Of a stretch of DNA of 64,000 nt, positions 19,054 to 27,951 are shown piece by piece; positions within the stretch are counted from its first letter, which is position 1, and each line of letters opens with the position of its first letter. The DNA is from an uncultured Candidatus Saccharibacteria bacterium (GTDB lineage Bacteria; Patescibacteriota; Minisyncoccia; Phycocordibacterales; SBAW01): NCBI GenBank assembly GCA_964615415.1, contig CAZTNI010000001.1, positions 25,290 through 89,289 of the forward strand, given 5' to 3'. The notes beneath the pieces were generated by a model. The model saw only the letters and a list, made by a program, of their open reading frames with translations. It had not been told where the DNA came from and did no database searches. The position numbers were made by a program, and so were the translations under genes.

Positions 19054-22000
19054 CTATCCCTTCAGGGTAATACCCTGCACCAGTGCTGCCGCTGCAGCGT
19101 CTCCGACTTCTACCTCAAGTGCTGCAAGGCCGGTTTCTTCCATAATCTCTGATTTATATTTCACCACCAAAGCCTCGCCTTCAAGATTCGTCTGCATACT
19201 GACTTGAGGGCGATCACCGATTGAAAGATTCGCCTGCTTGCGGAATTCTTGCACGGCCCGAATCGTGTCACGCAAAAGTCCCTCTTCTTTCAATTCTGGA
19301 GTTAGAGTCGTATCAAGCAAGACTTCTCCTTCCATAGACGCGTCTTGGGTAAGCGCCTTAACATTAAGCTCGTCTTTGAGTATCTCTTGCACTTGTAGAT
19401 TCGTCGGCAGAACTTTCACCGCCATAGACGCAAGAGGTTGACGCACTTTAATCCCCGCCTTGTCACGCGCCTGGAGACCAAGCGACGCGAGCTTGCGTGT
19501 TGTTTCCATTTGCTCAATAAGCAACGTGTCAACATTTCCTGCAGTAGGCCACGACGTAAGGTGCACACTTTCCGCATCGCCGCCAACATCTTTATACAAA
19601 CGCTCTGCAATGAACGGCATAAGAGGAGCACTAAGCTGTGCGAGTGTCAGAAGCACATAACGCTGTGTTGCAAGCGCATACTGTTTGTCTTCTGCATCCT
19701 TCCCCTTCACGCGGTCACGCGAGCGGCGTACATACCACGTAGAATAATCATCAATGAACGATCGCAGCGCGCGGCAAGCACCCGGGGTGTCGTACGCATC
19801 AAGCGCAGCAGTGATCGAAGAAGTGGTTTGATTAAGACGCGACAGTACCCAACGGTCGAGTACATGCGTACTGTTTGCTGCTTGTGTTGAGCCATCATAC
19901 TCCGCCTTGTAGAGCTCGAAAAACTTATAGCAATTCCAGAGCATCTGCACGACGCGATTATGTACCTCGCGCACTTCCTCGTCGCGGAAACTAAAGTCCT
20001 CTGCCTGCATCACCACACTGTTCATGAGGTAAAAGCGCATCGCATCCGCACCAAACATGTCCATCACCAAAAGCGGGTCGGTGTAGTTACCCTTCGACTT
20101 CGACATCTTCGAGCCGTCATTAGCAAGAATATTGCCCGTGGTCACAACGTTACGGAACGACAACTTATTAAACAGGAGTACGCCCATAGCGTGCATGTAG
20201 TAAAACCAGGTGCGCGTCTGTGCAATATACTCGGCAATAAAGTCTGCCGGGTATGCTTTCGGACGCAATCCAAAGAAGCGCTCCGGATTCACCACATCTT
20301 TTTTCATCGGGTAGTGCTCGGATGCAAACGGCATAGCGCCGGACTCCACCCAACAGTCGATGACTTCCGGAATGCGTTCATACTGTCTCCCCTTCTCGTC
20401 TACGAGCGTAATCGCGTCTATGTATGGTCGATGCAAGTCGAGATCGTACTGTTTTGTGTGTGGAAACGGCACAAAGTCGATCGGGCGGATTTCTCCATTA
20501 CGCAAAAACACTACGTCTCCAGCGCCTGCAATACACTCCGCAATAGTTTTACGCTCGACAATCGTGTTAAGAAGCCACGCCGGGCGCTCATGTGTCACGA
20601 TCAAAATATTTTTCCCCGCATAGCGACGCTCAATTTCAAAAATAAAGTCGCCGACACGCTCGCGGATCTGGGTATATGTCTCTGCGCCATCAGTCACGGT
20701 AGTAAATGGATCGCCATGGCTGTTAAACGACGCGCGCCACTCGATAACCGGCTTTCCGTTAAATATACCTACGTCGATTTCTCGCAGACGCTCATCAACC
20801 ATTACTGCCGAGTCCGACACACCAAGGACCTTTTGTGCGATCTTTGCTGTCTCGCGCGTACGTACCAGGGGCGACATGATAATGAGGTCGATTTTATTTT
20901 TTTGCGCAAATGTTTTTACTTGCGCTTCGACTCCTGCCTTCCCCTCTTCAGTCAGGTGGTTATTCGGGTCGCCCTTAGAGTCGAAAATCTGGTCGACATT
21001 GCTCTTCGCCTGACCATGACGCATCACAAAATATTTGTTGCCCGAGCGTTTTGTCTTTTTTGTCAGCTCGTCGATGCTACCCACCACCATAACCTTGTCA
21101 CCTTTCTTTTCCTTCCAAATAGGAAGTGGCGACGCCCAAAAACGATTGCGGGAAATGGTCCAGTCCGGCGCATTCTCCAGATTATTCTTAAAGCGGCCAT
21201 GCTTTAGGTGTTCAGGCACCCAGGTGATTTTTTCGTTTTCAGAAAGCATCTTTGCCTTCACCTTTTGGATATTGATGAACCAAGACCCGACCGCGTTGTA
21301 AATAAGTGGCGTGCCGCAGCGGTAGCAGTGTGGGTACGAGTGCGTATGCGGCTCTTTTTTATAGAGCAGCCCGCGCTTTTCTAGATCTTCTTTAATAAAT
21401 TTCTCTCCTTTTTTAAGATACTGACCACGCAGTGCTTCTGGAACAAGATCGTTATACGTCCCGTTTGCATTCAAAAGCTGCACCATCGGCAACTTTTCTT
21501 TCTGTCCGAGCGCAAAGTCGTCTTCACCGTACATTGGCGCAATGTGCACGATACCAGTACCGTCTGCAGTCGTTACAAAGTCTCCTGCAACTACGACGTA
21601 CTTTTTCCCTTTTACTCCTGCGATAGCAGGCACAGCAAAGAGAGGCTCGTATTCAACTCCAAGCAGTTCTGCACCCATGAGCGCCTTCACTACTTTTGAA
21701 CCTTCCGGCATGCGCTCTGCGGCCATGAGCAAATGCTCAACGCCTTCTTGTACCACTACGTACGAAATATCTTTTCCTACCGCAAGCGCTACATTACCCG
21801 GCAAGGTCCACGGCGTTGTCGTCCACGCAACGATAGATGTGTTTTGCGGCAGACCAGACTTCTCAGGATTTTTTATTTTAAATTTTACGTACGCGGTTTC
21901 TTCCGTAATATCTTTGTACGTGTTGTCCATCGCGATCTCCGCCTTTGCAAGCGGTGTTTCGCAGTGCGTACAGTACATCAAGACCTTGCGACCTTCGTAG

Positions 22001-22506
22001 AGCAGCTTCTTGCTATCCAAACGCTTAAGCGCCCACCAGACAGACTCGATGTACGAGTTGTCCATCGTCTTGTAGGAGTTTTTAAAGTCGACAAAGCGAC
22101 CAACACGGTCGACATACTTCTCCCAGTCGTCCACGTAGCGCAGCACCATCGAGCGTGCGGTTTCATTAAACACATCGATGCCGATATTGAGAATATCTTT
22201 CTTGCTCTTAAGCTCGAGCTTCTTCTCGACCATGCTTTCGATAGGTAGACCGTGCGTGTCCCAACCCCACCGGCGTGGAACATGGTAGCCGCGCATCGTT
22301 TTATAGCGCGGAATTACGTCTTTAATGACAGAAGAAAGGAGCGACCCCGAGTGCGGCAAGCCGGTCGCAAATGGTGGACCATCATAAAAAATAAACTCGC
22401 CCTTTGGAGACTTCTTTTGGAGCGACTTTTCAAAAATATGATTCTCTTTCCAGAAGGCAAGCACTTCCTCCTCGCGCTTGGCAACTTCCGACTTCCCGGT
22501 CGACAT
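19054..22506 (-). CDS. ileS: isoleucyl-tRNA synthetase, type 2 (eukaryote-like), carrying an inserted histidine-phosphatase-like domain
   Basis: FYDGPPFATGLPHSGS...RRWGWDTHGLPIE, TTPWTLPGN editing domain, KMSKSKGN. Residues ~491-690 match His_Phos_1 motifs (MRHGQAKSN, SPLVRTRETA, IVTHE). Confidence 0.9.
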   Translation of the reverse strand: MSTGKSEVAKREEEVLAFWKENHIFEKSLQKKSPKGEFIFYDGPPFATGLPHSGSLLSSVIKDVIPRYKTMRGYHVPRRWGWDTHGLPIESMVEKKLELKSKKDILNIGIDVFNETARSMVLRYVDDWEKYVDRVGRFVDFKNSYKTMDNSYIESVWWALKRLDSKKLLYEGRKVLMYCTHCETPLAKAEIAMDNTYKDITEETAYVKFKIKNPEKSGLPQNTSIVAWTTTPWTLPGNVALAVGKDISYVVVQEGVEHLLMAAERMPEGSKVVKALMGAELLGVEYEPLFAVPAIAGVKGKKYVVVAGDFVTTADGTGIVHIAPMYGEDDFALGQKEKLPMVQLLNANGTYNDLVPEALRGQYLKKGEKFIKEDLEKRGLLYKKEPHTHSYPHCYRCGTPLIYNAVGSWFINIQKVKAKMLSENEKITWVPEHLKHGRFKNNLENAPDWTISRNRFWASPLPIWKEKKGDKVMVVGSIDELTKKTKRSGNKYFVMRHGQAKSNVDQIFDSKGDPNNHLTEEGKAGVEAQVKTFAQKNKIDLIIMSPLVRTRETAKIAQKVLGVSDSAVMVDERLREIDVGIFNGKPVIEWRASFNSHGDPFTTVTDGAETYTQIRERVGDFIFEIERRYAGKNILIVTHERPAWLLNTIVERKTIAECIAGAGDVVFLRNGEIRPIDFVPFPHTKQYDLDLHRPYIDAITLVDEKGRQYERIPEVIDCWVESGAMPFASEHYPMKKDVVNPERFFGLRPKAYPADFIAEYIAQTRTWFYYMHAMGVLLFNKLSFRNVVTTGNILANDGSKMSKSKGNYTDPLLVMDMFGADAMRFYLMNSVVMQAEDFSFRDEEVREVHNRVVQMLWNCYKFFELYKAEYDGSTQAANSTHVLDRWVLSRLNQTTSSITAALDAYDTPGACRALRSFIDDYSTWYVRRSRDRVKGKDAEDKQYALATQRYVLLTLAQLSAPLMPFIAERLYKDVGGDAESVHLTSWPTAGNVDTLLIEQMETTRKLASLGLQARDKAGIKVRQPLASMAVKVLPTNLQVQEILKDELNVKALTQDASMEGEVLLDTTLTPELKEEGLLRDTIRAVQEFRKQANLSIGDRPQVSMQTNLEGEALVVKYKSEIMEETGLAALEVEVGDAAAAALVQGITLKG

Positions 22507-22528
22507 AAAGCAAAATATAGCACTTTTG

Positions 22529-24214
22529 CTACATTTTTTCAGGTGCTGGAATACCTAATACATGGAGACCCTTCGCGAGCGTTTGCTCCACCGCTTCCGT
22601 AAGCAAGACACCATAGTGCGGATTACTGCCCCCTATTACTCGTTCGTTTGCATACCAACTGTTAAATGCTGCGGCGAGTTCGGTTATATACGTCGTTACA
22701 TAGTGTGGCTCAAGTTCTTTCGCAGCACGCTCAACTGCGTCTGGGAAATGCAGCAGCGTTTTTTCAAGCACCGAGGCAGTAAGAGGAGCATCACTTGTAT
22801 TCCCTACTATCCCCGCCTCCTTGGCAGCATTCATGAGAGAGAGTGCTCGCGTGTGTGCGTACTGTATATACGGACCAGAATCTCCTTCGAGCGAGAGCGA
22901 CTTTGCCGGATCGAAAATAATATCTTTGCCGCTCCCCTGCTTTAACACTTCGTACTTAATACCTCCCACGGCAACCTCTTCTGCAATCTTGTCAGCATCA
23001 GGAAGGTTTCGGTCGCGCATTTTTTCCTTCGCGTCTTCCGTAAGCTCAGCAATGAGCGACTCGCCGGTAATAACGTTCCCCTTGCGAGACGACATTTTCC
23101 CCGAGGCAAAACGCATCATGCCGTGCGTGACGTGTTTTGTTTTTGCAGCAATGTCTGCAATTGCGGGAATCTGCTTCGCGGCAGCAAGCACCACTTTAAA
23201 ATAATCTTTCTGCTCGCTTGCAGTTACTGTAATAGACTCATCCACGCTCACTGTCTCTTGTTTGAGCTGCAAAAGCCCGAGGTCTTTTGCCTCGTATGTT
23301 GGCAACCCCTGCGACGTTATGAAAACGCGCGTATGCTCGCCATGAAAAACAATCGCTCCTTCGCTTTCCTCAAACACATTTTTATTCTCGTTTACTAACT
23401 GAAGCGCGATCGGCGCTGTCTGACTTTCAAAAAAGTAATGGTCAAACTTTGTACCTAACACTTTGTACAACTCTTCAAAATGCTCGAGTGATTCCTTGCG
23501 GCCCTGGTCATAGAGCGCGCTCACCGTAGCGTCGCTCTTGTCGTACACTTTTTTATTTATCGCATCGATCTCCTCTTTATGTGCCTCGTACTCGTTGTTT
23601 CCATAGACATACGCCTCGCCCCAGCGGAGTTCTGGTTTTTGCATCCTGCCCCAGATTGCCTTCGCCACATGCTGCCCCACATCACCTTGGTAGTTAGCCC
23701 GAATTACTTGCGCACCACCGCGCTCGAGCAAGCGTGCAACACTTTCCCCTATTGTGTTGCTCATGAGATGACCAATATGAAACTCTTTAAAAGGGTTCGG
23801 GTCGGTAAATTCAACCATTATTTTCTTGCCGGCATAGACGCTATTCTTCCCCCACGGCTCTTTTGTTGCAGCCTCTACCTCGCTCGTTATCGCATCGCGC
23901 GAGAGAAAGAAGTTTATAAAACCTGCACCTGCAACTTCAATTTTTTCTATTGACGAAAGCGACGAACCGCCAAACAGCTTCACTAAAAGTCCTGCAGATT
24001 TAGTTTTAGAAAATTTCGTTTTCAAGATTTCACTCAACTGTTCCGCGACTTCACGCGGATTTTTCTTCAAAGACTTTGCTGCCGCAAGAGCGGCGTTTGT
24101 AGAATAGTCACCATGCGCCATGTCCCCGGGCCGCTCCACAACAAAAGACACATCCCCCGCTTGTAGGCTTTGGAGGGCTTCTTTTACTGCCGCTTCTATA
24201 GACTCTCGTATCAC
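22529..24214 (-). CDS. argS: arginyl-tRNA synthetase
   Basis: NPFKEFHIGHLMSNTIGE (HIGH), add-1 N-terminal domain, DALR-like C-terminus. Start assigned to in-frame GTG at 24212-24214 (alternative ATG at 24121). The ORF-track extension to 24754 runs through the high-GC island and an upstream terminator and is low-complexity Arg/Ser sequence. Confidence 0.8.
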   Translation of the reverse strand: MIRESIEAAVKEALQSLQAGDVSFVVERPGDMAHGDYSTNAALAAAKSLKKNPREVAEQLSEILKTKFSKTKSAGLLVKLFGGSSLSSIEKIEVAGAGFINFFLSRDAITSEVEAATKEPWGKNSVYAGKKIMVEFTDPNPFKEFHIGHLMSNTIGESVARLLERGGAQVIRANYQGDVGQHVAKAIWGRMQKPELRWGEAYVYGNNEYEAHKEEIDAINKKVYDKSDATVSALYDQGRKESLEHFEELYKVLGTKFDHYFFESQTAPIALQLVNENKNVFEESEGAIVFHGEHTRVFITSQGLPTYEAKDLGLLQLKQETVSVDESITVTASEQKDYFKVVLAAAKQIPAIADIAAKTKHVTHGMMRFASGKMSSRKGNVITGESLIAELTEDAKEKMRDRNLPDADKIAEEVAVGGIKYEVLKQGSGKDIIFDPAKSLSLEGDSGPYIQYAHTRALSLMNAAKEAGIVGNTSDAPLTASVLEKTLLHFPDAVERAAKELEPHYVTTYITELAAAFNSWYANERVIGGSNPHYGVLLTEAVEQTLAKGLHVLGIPAPEKM

Positions 24215-24242
24215 GTATATAACACTAGCATTTGTAGGCTGT

Positions 24243-24282
24243 ATAAAAAAGAAAGAGCCGGTTCCATTTCTGGAACCGGCTC
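24243..24282 (-). terminator. rho-independent terminator for the island gene
   Basis: gagccggttcc agaaat ggaaccggctc followed by tttcttttttatac on the minus strand. Confidence 0.7.
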
Positions 24283-24311
24283 GAATCGAACTCGGGTGTA
24301 CTTGCTCGGTG

Positions 24312-25358
24312 TTAGCCGAGCGGCAAGAAGGTGCCGACGGTGTCGACACGGTCCGAGAAGACCTTGTACACCTGCACCTGGCCGTTCTGCTCGACTCGGT
24401 CGAGAGCCACGAACGTCCCACCGTTGAGGCCGGCCTTCCGGGCCTCCTGCACGGTCTCCATGCTGGGGTAGATCTGCACGTCGTGCACATCATCCCCGAT
24501 CTCCATGAGAACCGTACGAAGCGGCTTCGGCGCGGACGCCGAGACCATGCCGCGAAGAACGGGCTGCGGCGTAACGACCGCCTTCCCGACCTTCTTGGCA
24601 CCCTGGCCGCGAGGCTTCTCGATCTTGAACGCTTCGAGGAGCTTGCCGACCGTCTTGGTTTCCTCGTCGAAGGACTCGACGAGGATGACGGTCGTTCCGT
24701 GCGGCAACACCATCCACTCGGACGTGGTGACGGGAATGCCCCGCCGCCGCGCACCCTGCGCGTCGAAGCCGAAGATCACGTCGCGCGCGAGAAGCCGGTC
24801 GATCTTCGCCTGCTTCTGCGCCTGACGAGCAGCAACTTCCGCCGCACGCTGTGCATCCTCGGCAGCATTGCGCTGCCGGGCCGCCTCACGCGCAGCAGCC
24901 TCGTCCTTGGAGAAGACGAGCCTCTCCTTGTCGTTGAGGACAAAGCCCCGGCCGAGATACTCGGCAGCAGCCTCCTTGAGCAGGATCCGCTTCCGGATCC
25001 CCGAAGGCTCGTTGTTGACGAACGACGCAAGCGTGCGAACCTTTTCGATCCGCCCTTCACGACCCTTGCCAACGAGGGCGATGACCGGAGTGTCTCCCGC
25101 CATCGCCAGGATGCCGACACCGTCGAAGTCTTCCATGCCGGCGACGGCCTGGAAGGACCAGACCAGCTCGTCATCGATCGAGATCTTCGCGAGCACGAAG
25201 TTGAAGTGCTCCGGCAGATCCTTCTTGCGAAGAAGCTCGAGTTCGAGGGTCTTCCCCTCGACTTCGATCGTGCCGATCTCGACGTAGTGAGTCGAAGTGT
25301 CCTTGTTCTCGATGGTCACGAAACCAGGGAAGGAAATGCGGGAAACAATAGCGGTCAT
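24312..25358 (-). CDS. hypothetical two-domain protein with central Ala/Arg/Gln coiled coil, encoded in a high-GC island
   Basis: 348 aa of normal complexity. AGGAGG SD 6 nt upstream of ATG. GC3-rich codons (gtc gac acg gtc cga gaa gac...). The antisense ORFs here (430 aa on the plus strand and others) are low-complexity artifacts. Confidence 0.6.
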   Translation of the reverse strand: MTAIVSRISFPGFVTIENKDTSTHYVEIGTIEVEGKTLELELLRKKDLPEHFNFVLAKISIDDELVWSFQAVAGMEDFDGVGILAMAGDTPVIALVGKGREGRIEKVRTLASFVNNEPSGIRKRILLKEAAAEYLGRGFVLNDKERLVFSKDEAAAREAARQRNAAEDAQRAAEVAARQAQKQAKIDRLLARDVIFGFDAQGARRRGIPVTTSEWMVLPHGTTVILVESFDEETKTVGKLLEAFKIEKPRGQGAKKVGKAVVTPQPVLRGMVSASAPKPLRTVLMEIGDDVHDVQIYPSMETVQEARKAGLNGGTFVALDRVEQNGQVQVYKVFSDRVDTVGTFLPLG

Positions 25359-25481
25359 TGGTGTCCTCCTGGGACAGTGAGTGAATTTTCAAGATACCCC
25401 TACAGCTTGTAGAGGCAGGTTCTACCATTTACTATTGTATCACCTTTCGGCCAAAAAGTCAAGGTCTATTAGGGGCCTTAT

Positions 25482-26603
25482 TTAAAGGGTTTTTATGAGG
25501 AGGTTATCGGGCGACTTGCTCCCATCGACTGTAAATGTGTTGCGGCCGATAAGGGCGCCGTTTTCAGTTTCCACGTTACAGCGCCACTTTCCCTCTCCTA
25601 CAAGTAGGCTGCTGTAGCCGCGAAAGCCGCCTTGCCTGCCGCCACTAATTTCAAATGAGGTGCGGAACACGTCCTTCCACTTCCCTGCTTCCGCATCATA
25701 CTTTTCCCATCGATGATAAATCGGTGCCATGAGTCCTGTCGGTGCAAAGACAGACGAATAACACGTCGCTTTGTCAGTCGCATCAGTGATGTGATACGTC
25801 GAACTCGTACTGCGCCAAAATACAAACCACGATGCTGGTTCGTACACCGCCCGGTAAATTGCATCATCAATAGGTGCAGGGAGCCGCTCGAGCGTGTGAT
25901 ATACCCCGATCTCTTTTAAGGAAAGTGGCACCGGCGGAATGATCCGCATAAAATAGAGACTCGTAAACAACACAAACACAAACCCGACCAAGAACGAAAC
26001 TTCGTAGAGTTGATGTGCGCGCTCCCTGCCGCGCAACACAAGCCAATACACGAGCCCAAGGAACCCTGCGATAATAACCAGGCTAATTACTCCAGTCGCA
26101 AGAAAAACGAGCGTGCCTACGGAATGGAATACAAATGTTGGCAGCGCGATAATAAGATACGTAAACAACAAGGTGTAGTAGACCGCGATGTTAAATCGCA
26201 ACTGTGCGTAGCGCGTTTTTAGAAACTCATTACCTATCAGCATGGCGCCGAGCATGCACAGAAAGAGCGCCGAACTCGCAAAGGTCCCACTCCTGCCGTA
26301 GAGCACAAGCATGTTACTTGCCAGACCTCCGAAGCAAAACTGGAGAATGAATATCAGAAAGAGCGGCTGGTACTCGGGGTGCGTTTCCTCGCGCCTAATC
26401 GTACGTAAGTTAAGAAAGATGATGAGTGCACCCGCAATGCCCAAGTACGACAGCAAAATAAGATTGTTGGTAGGACTATCCGGTCGATCAGCAATAAACA
26501 AATCGAAAATAAAGCCGGTTAAAATACCGACGATCATGATCCGCCGCTCGTAGCGGCGCCACAGTTCAACAGACTTCGACACACGCGATCGAAACCACTC
26601 CAT
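25482..26603 (-). CDS. hypothetical integral membrane protein (N-terminal multi-TM, C-terminal soluble domain)
   Basis: 373 aa, ~6 TM helices, then ~140-aa soluble domain. Confidence 0.5.
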   Translation of the reverse strand: MEWFRSRVSKSVELWRRYERRIMIVGILTGFIFDLFIADRPDSPTNNLILLSYLGIAGALIIFLNLRTIRREETHPEYQPLFLIFILQFCFGGLASNMLVLYGRSGTFASSALFLCMLGAMLIGNEFLKTRYAQLRFNIAVYYTLLFTYLIIALPTFVFHSVGTLVFLATGVISLVIIAGFLGLVYWLVLRGRERAHQLYEVSFLVGFVFVLFTSLYFMRIIPPVPLSLKEIGVYHTLERLPAPIDDAIYRAVYEPASWFVFWRSTSSTYHITDATDKATCYSSVFAPTGLMAPIYHRWEKYDAEAGKWKDVFRTSFEISGGRQGGFRGYSSLLVGEGKWRCNVETENGALIGRNTFTVDGSKSPDNLLIKTL

Positions 26604-26623
26604 GCTTCTATTTTACTCCCTCG

Positions 26624-27892
26624 CTAGACAAACGACTCGGGTATAGGAAAACGTGTGCAGAGCGCCTTAATTTCGGTTTTGATACTTTCAAGCTTCACTA
26701 GGTCAGTTTTATTTTTGAGCGCCTCGAGCATCAGCTCTGCAATACGGGCACTTTCTGCTTCTTTAAAGCCACGCGTGGTAATTGCGGGCGTACCGAAGCG
26801 AATACCAGAGGGGTCCATCGGTCCGCGCGTATCGTCTGCGATAGTGTTTTTATTAAGCGTCATACCTACCGTATCGAGGAGCGCCTCTGCTTCCTTACCA
26901 GGAATACCGAGTGAACCGAAGACATCCGCGAGTATGAGATGGTTCGATGTGCCACCGCCAAGCATGCGAATGTTGTGTGTGCGGAATACTTCTTCCATCG
27001 CCTTTGCGTTTTTAAGCACCTGTGCTGCGTAGGTTTTAAATGATGGATGGAGCGCCTCACCAAACGCGACTGCTTTTGCAGCAATAACATGCATAAGCGG
27101 ACCGCCCTGGAGTCCTGGGAAGACTGCCTTGTCTACTTTTTTTGCAATCTCTTCGCTGTCGCGAGTTAGGATGATGCCGCCGCGCGGGCCGCGTAGTGTT
27201 TTGTGCGTCGTCGAGGTCATGACATCAAACCCATAGTCGAACGGATTCTTAACAACACCCGCCGCAATAAGTCCTGCAATGTGTGCAATGTCGATAACTG
27301 CATACGCCCCCACTTCCCGAGCAATAGACACAAACTTTTCGTAATCGAGTTCGCGAGAGTATGCAGAAAATCCTGCAAGGACAATTTTTGGCTTTGCCTC
27401 GATCGCAACACGGCGCATGTCGTCGTAGTCGATTTCGCCCGTGTCAGGGTTCTTCATCTTGTAACGCACAAAGTTGAAGAACTTTGTGATGTAGGTAACC
27501 GGATGGCCGTGCGTTAAGTGGCCACCGTGTGAGAGGTCCATACCAAGCACGGTATCCCCTGGCTGCAGGAGTGCCATATACATTGCGATGTTTGCGTTAG
27601 CGCCTGAGTGTGGCTGCACATTCGCAAACTTTGCACCAAAGAGTTTTTTTGCACGCTCAATAGCAAGTGTCTCTACAACGTCAGTAAACTGCTGCCCGCC
27701 GTAGTAGCGCTTGCCTGGGTAGCCTTCGGAATACTTGTTCGTAAAAATCGAGCCCTGCGCCTCACGCACCGCTTTTGAAACGTAATTTTCAGACGGAATA
27801 AGCTCTAAGCCTTCGCGTTCACGCTGCTCTTCGCCCTCAAGGGCTGCAAATACTTCTGTATCTTGTTTTTGAATAGATTCGTATAGGTTCAT
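26624..27892 (-). CDS. glyA: serine hydroxymethyltransferase
   Basis: LELIPSENYVSKAV..., GYPGKRYYGG, THKTLRGPRGG. Confidence 0.95.
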   Translation of the reverse strand: MNLYESIQKQDTEVFAALEGEEQREREGLELIPSENYVSKAVREAQGSIFTNKYSEGYPGKRYYGGQQFTDVVETLAIERAKKLFGAKFANVQPHSGANANIAMYMALLQPGDTVLGMDLSHGGHLTHGHPVTYITKFFNFVRYKMKNPDTGEIDYDDMRRVAIEAKPKIVLAGFSAYSRELDYEKFVSIAREVGAYAVIDIAHIAGLIAAGVVKNPFDYGFDVMTSTTHKTLRGPRGGIILTRDSEEIAKKVDKAVFPGLQGGPLMHVIAAKAVAFGEALHPSFKTYAAQVLKNAKAMEEVFRTHNIRMLGGGTSNHLILADVFGSLGIPGKEAEALLDTVGMTLNKNTIADDTRGPMDPSGIRFGTPAITTRGFKEAESARIAELMLEALKNKTDLVKLESIKTEIKALCTRFPIPESFV

Positions 27893-27951
27893 GGTAAAAG
27901 CCGTTAGTAGAATAATGCTCCCGTTTGTTGAATCCCTACACCATGACCCTA

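Noticed and set aside
19960-21207. 415-aa plus-strand ORF and other ORFs antisense to ileS
   Set aside because: His/Arg/Cys-rich antisense artifact. ileS homology on the minus strand is unambiguous.
24120-25412. 430-aa plus-strand ORF, plus several 75-140-aa ORFs on both strands inside the high-GC island
   Set aside because: Low-complexity Leu/Arg/Asp-rich antisense translation of a GC-rich gene. The minus-strand 348-aa frame has normal composition, an SD and a terminator.
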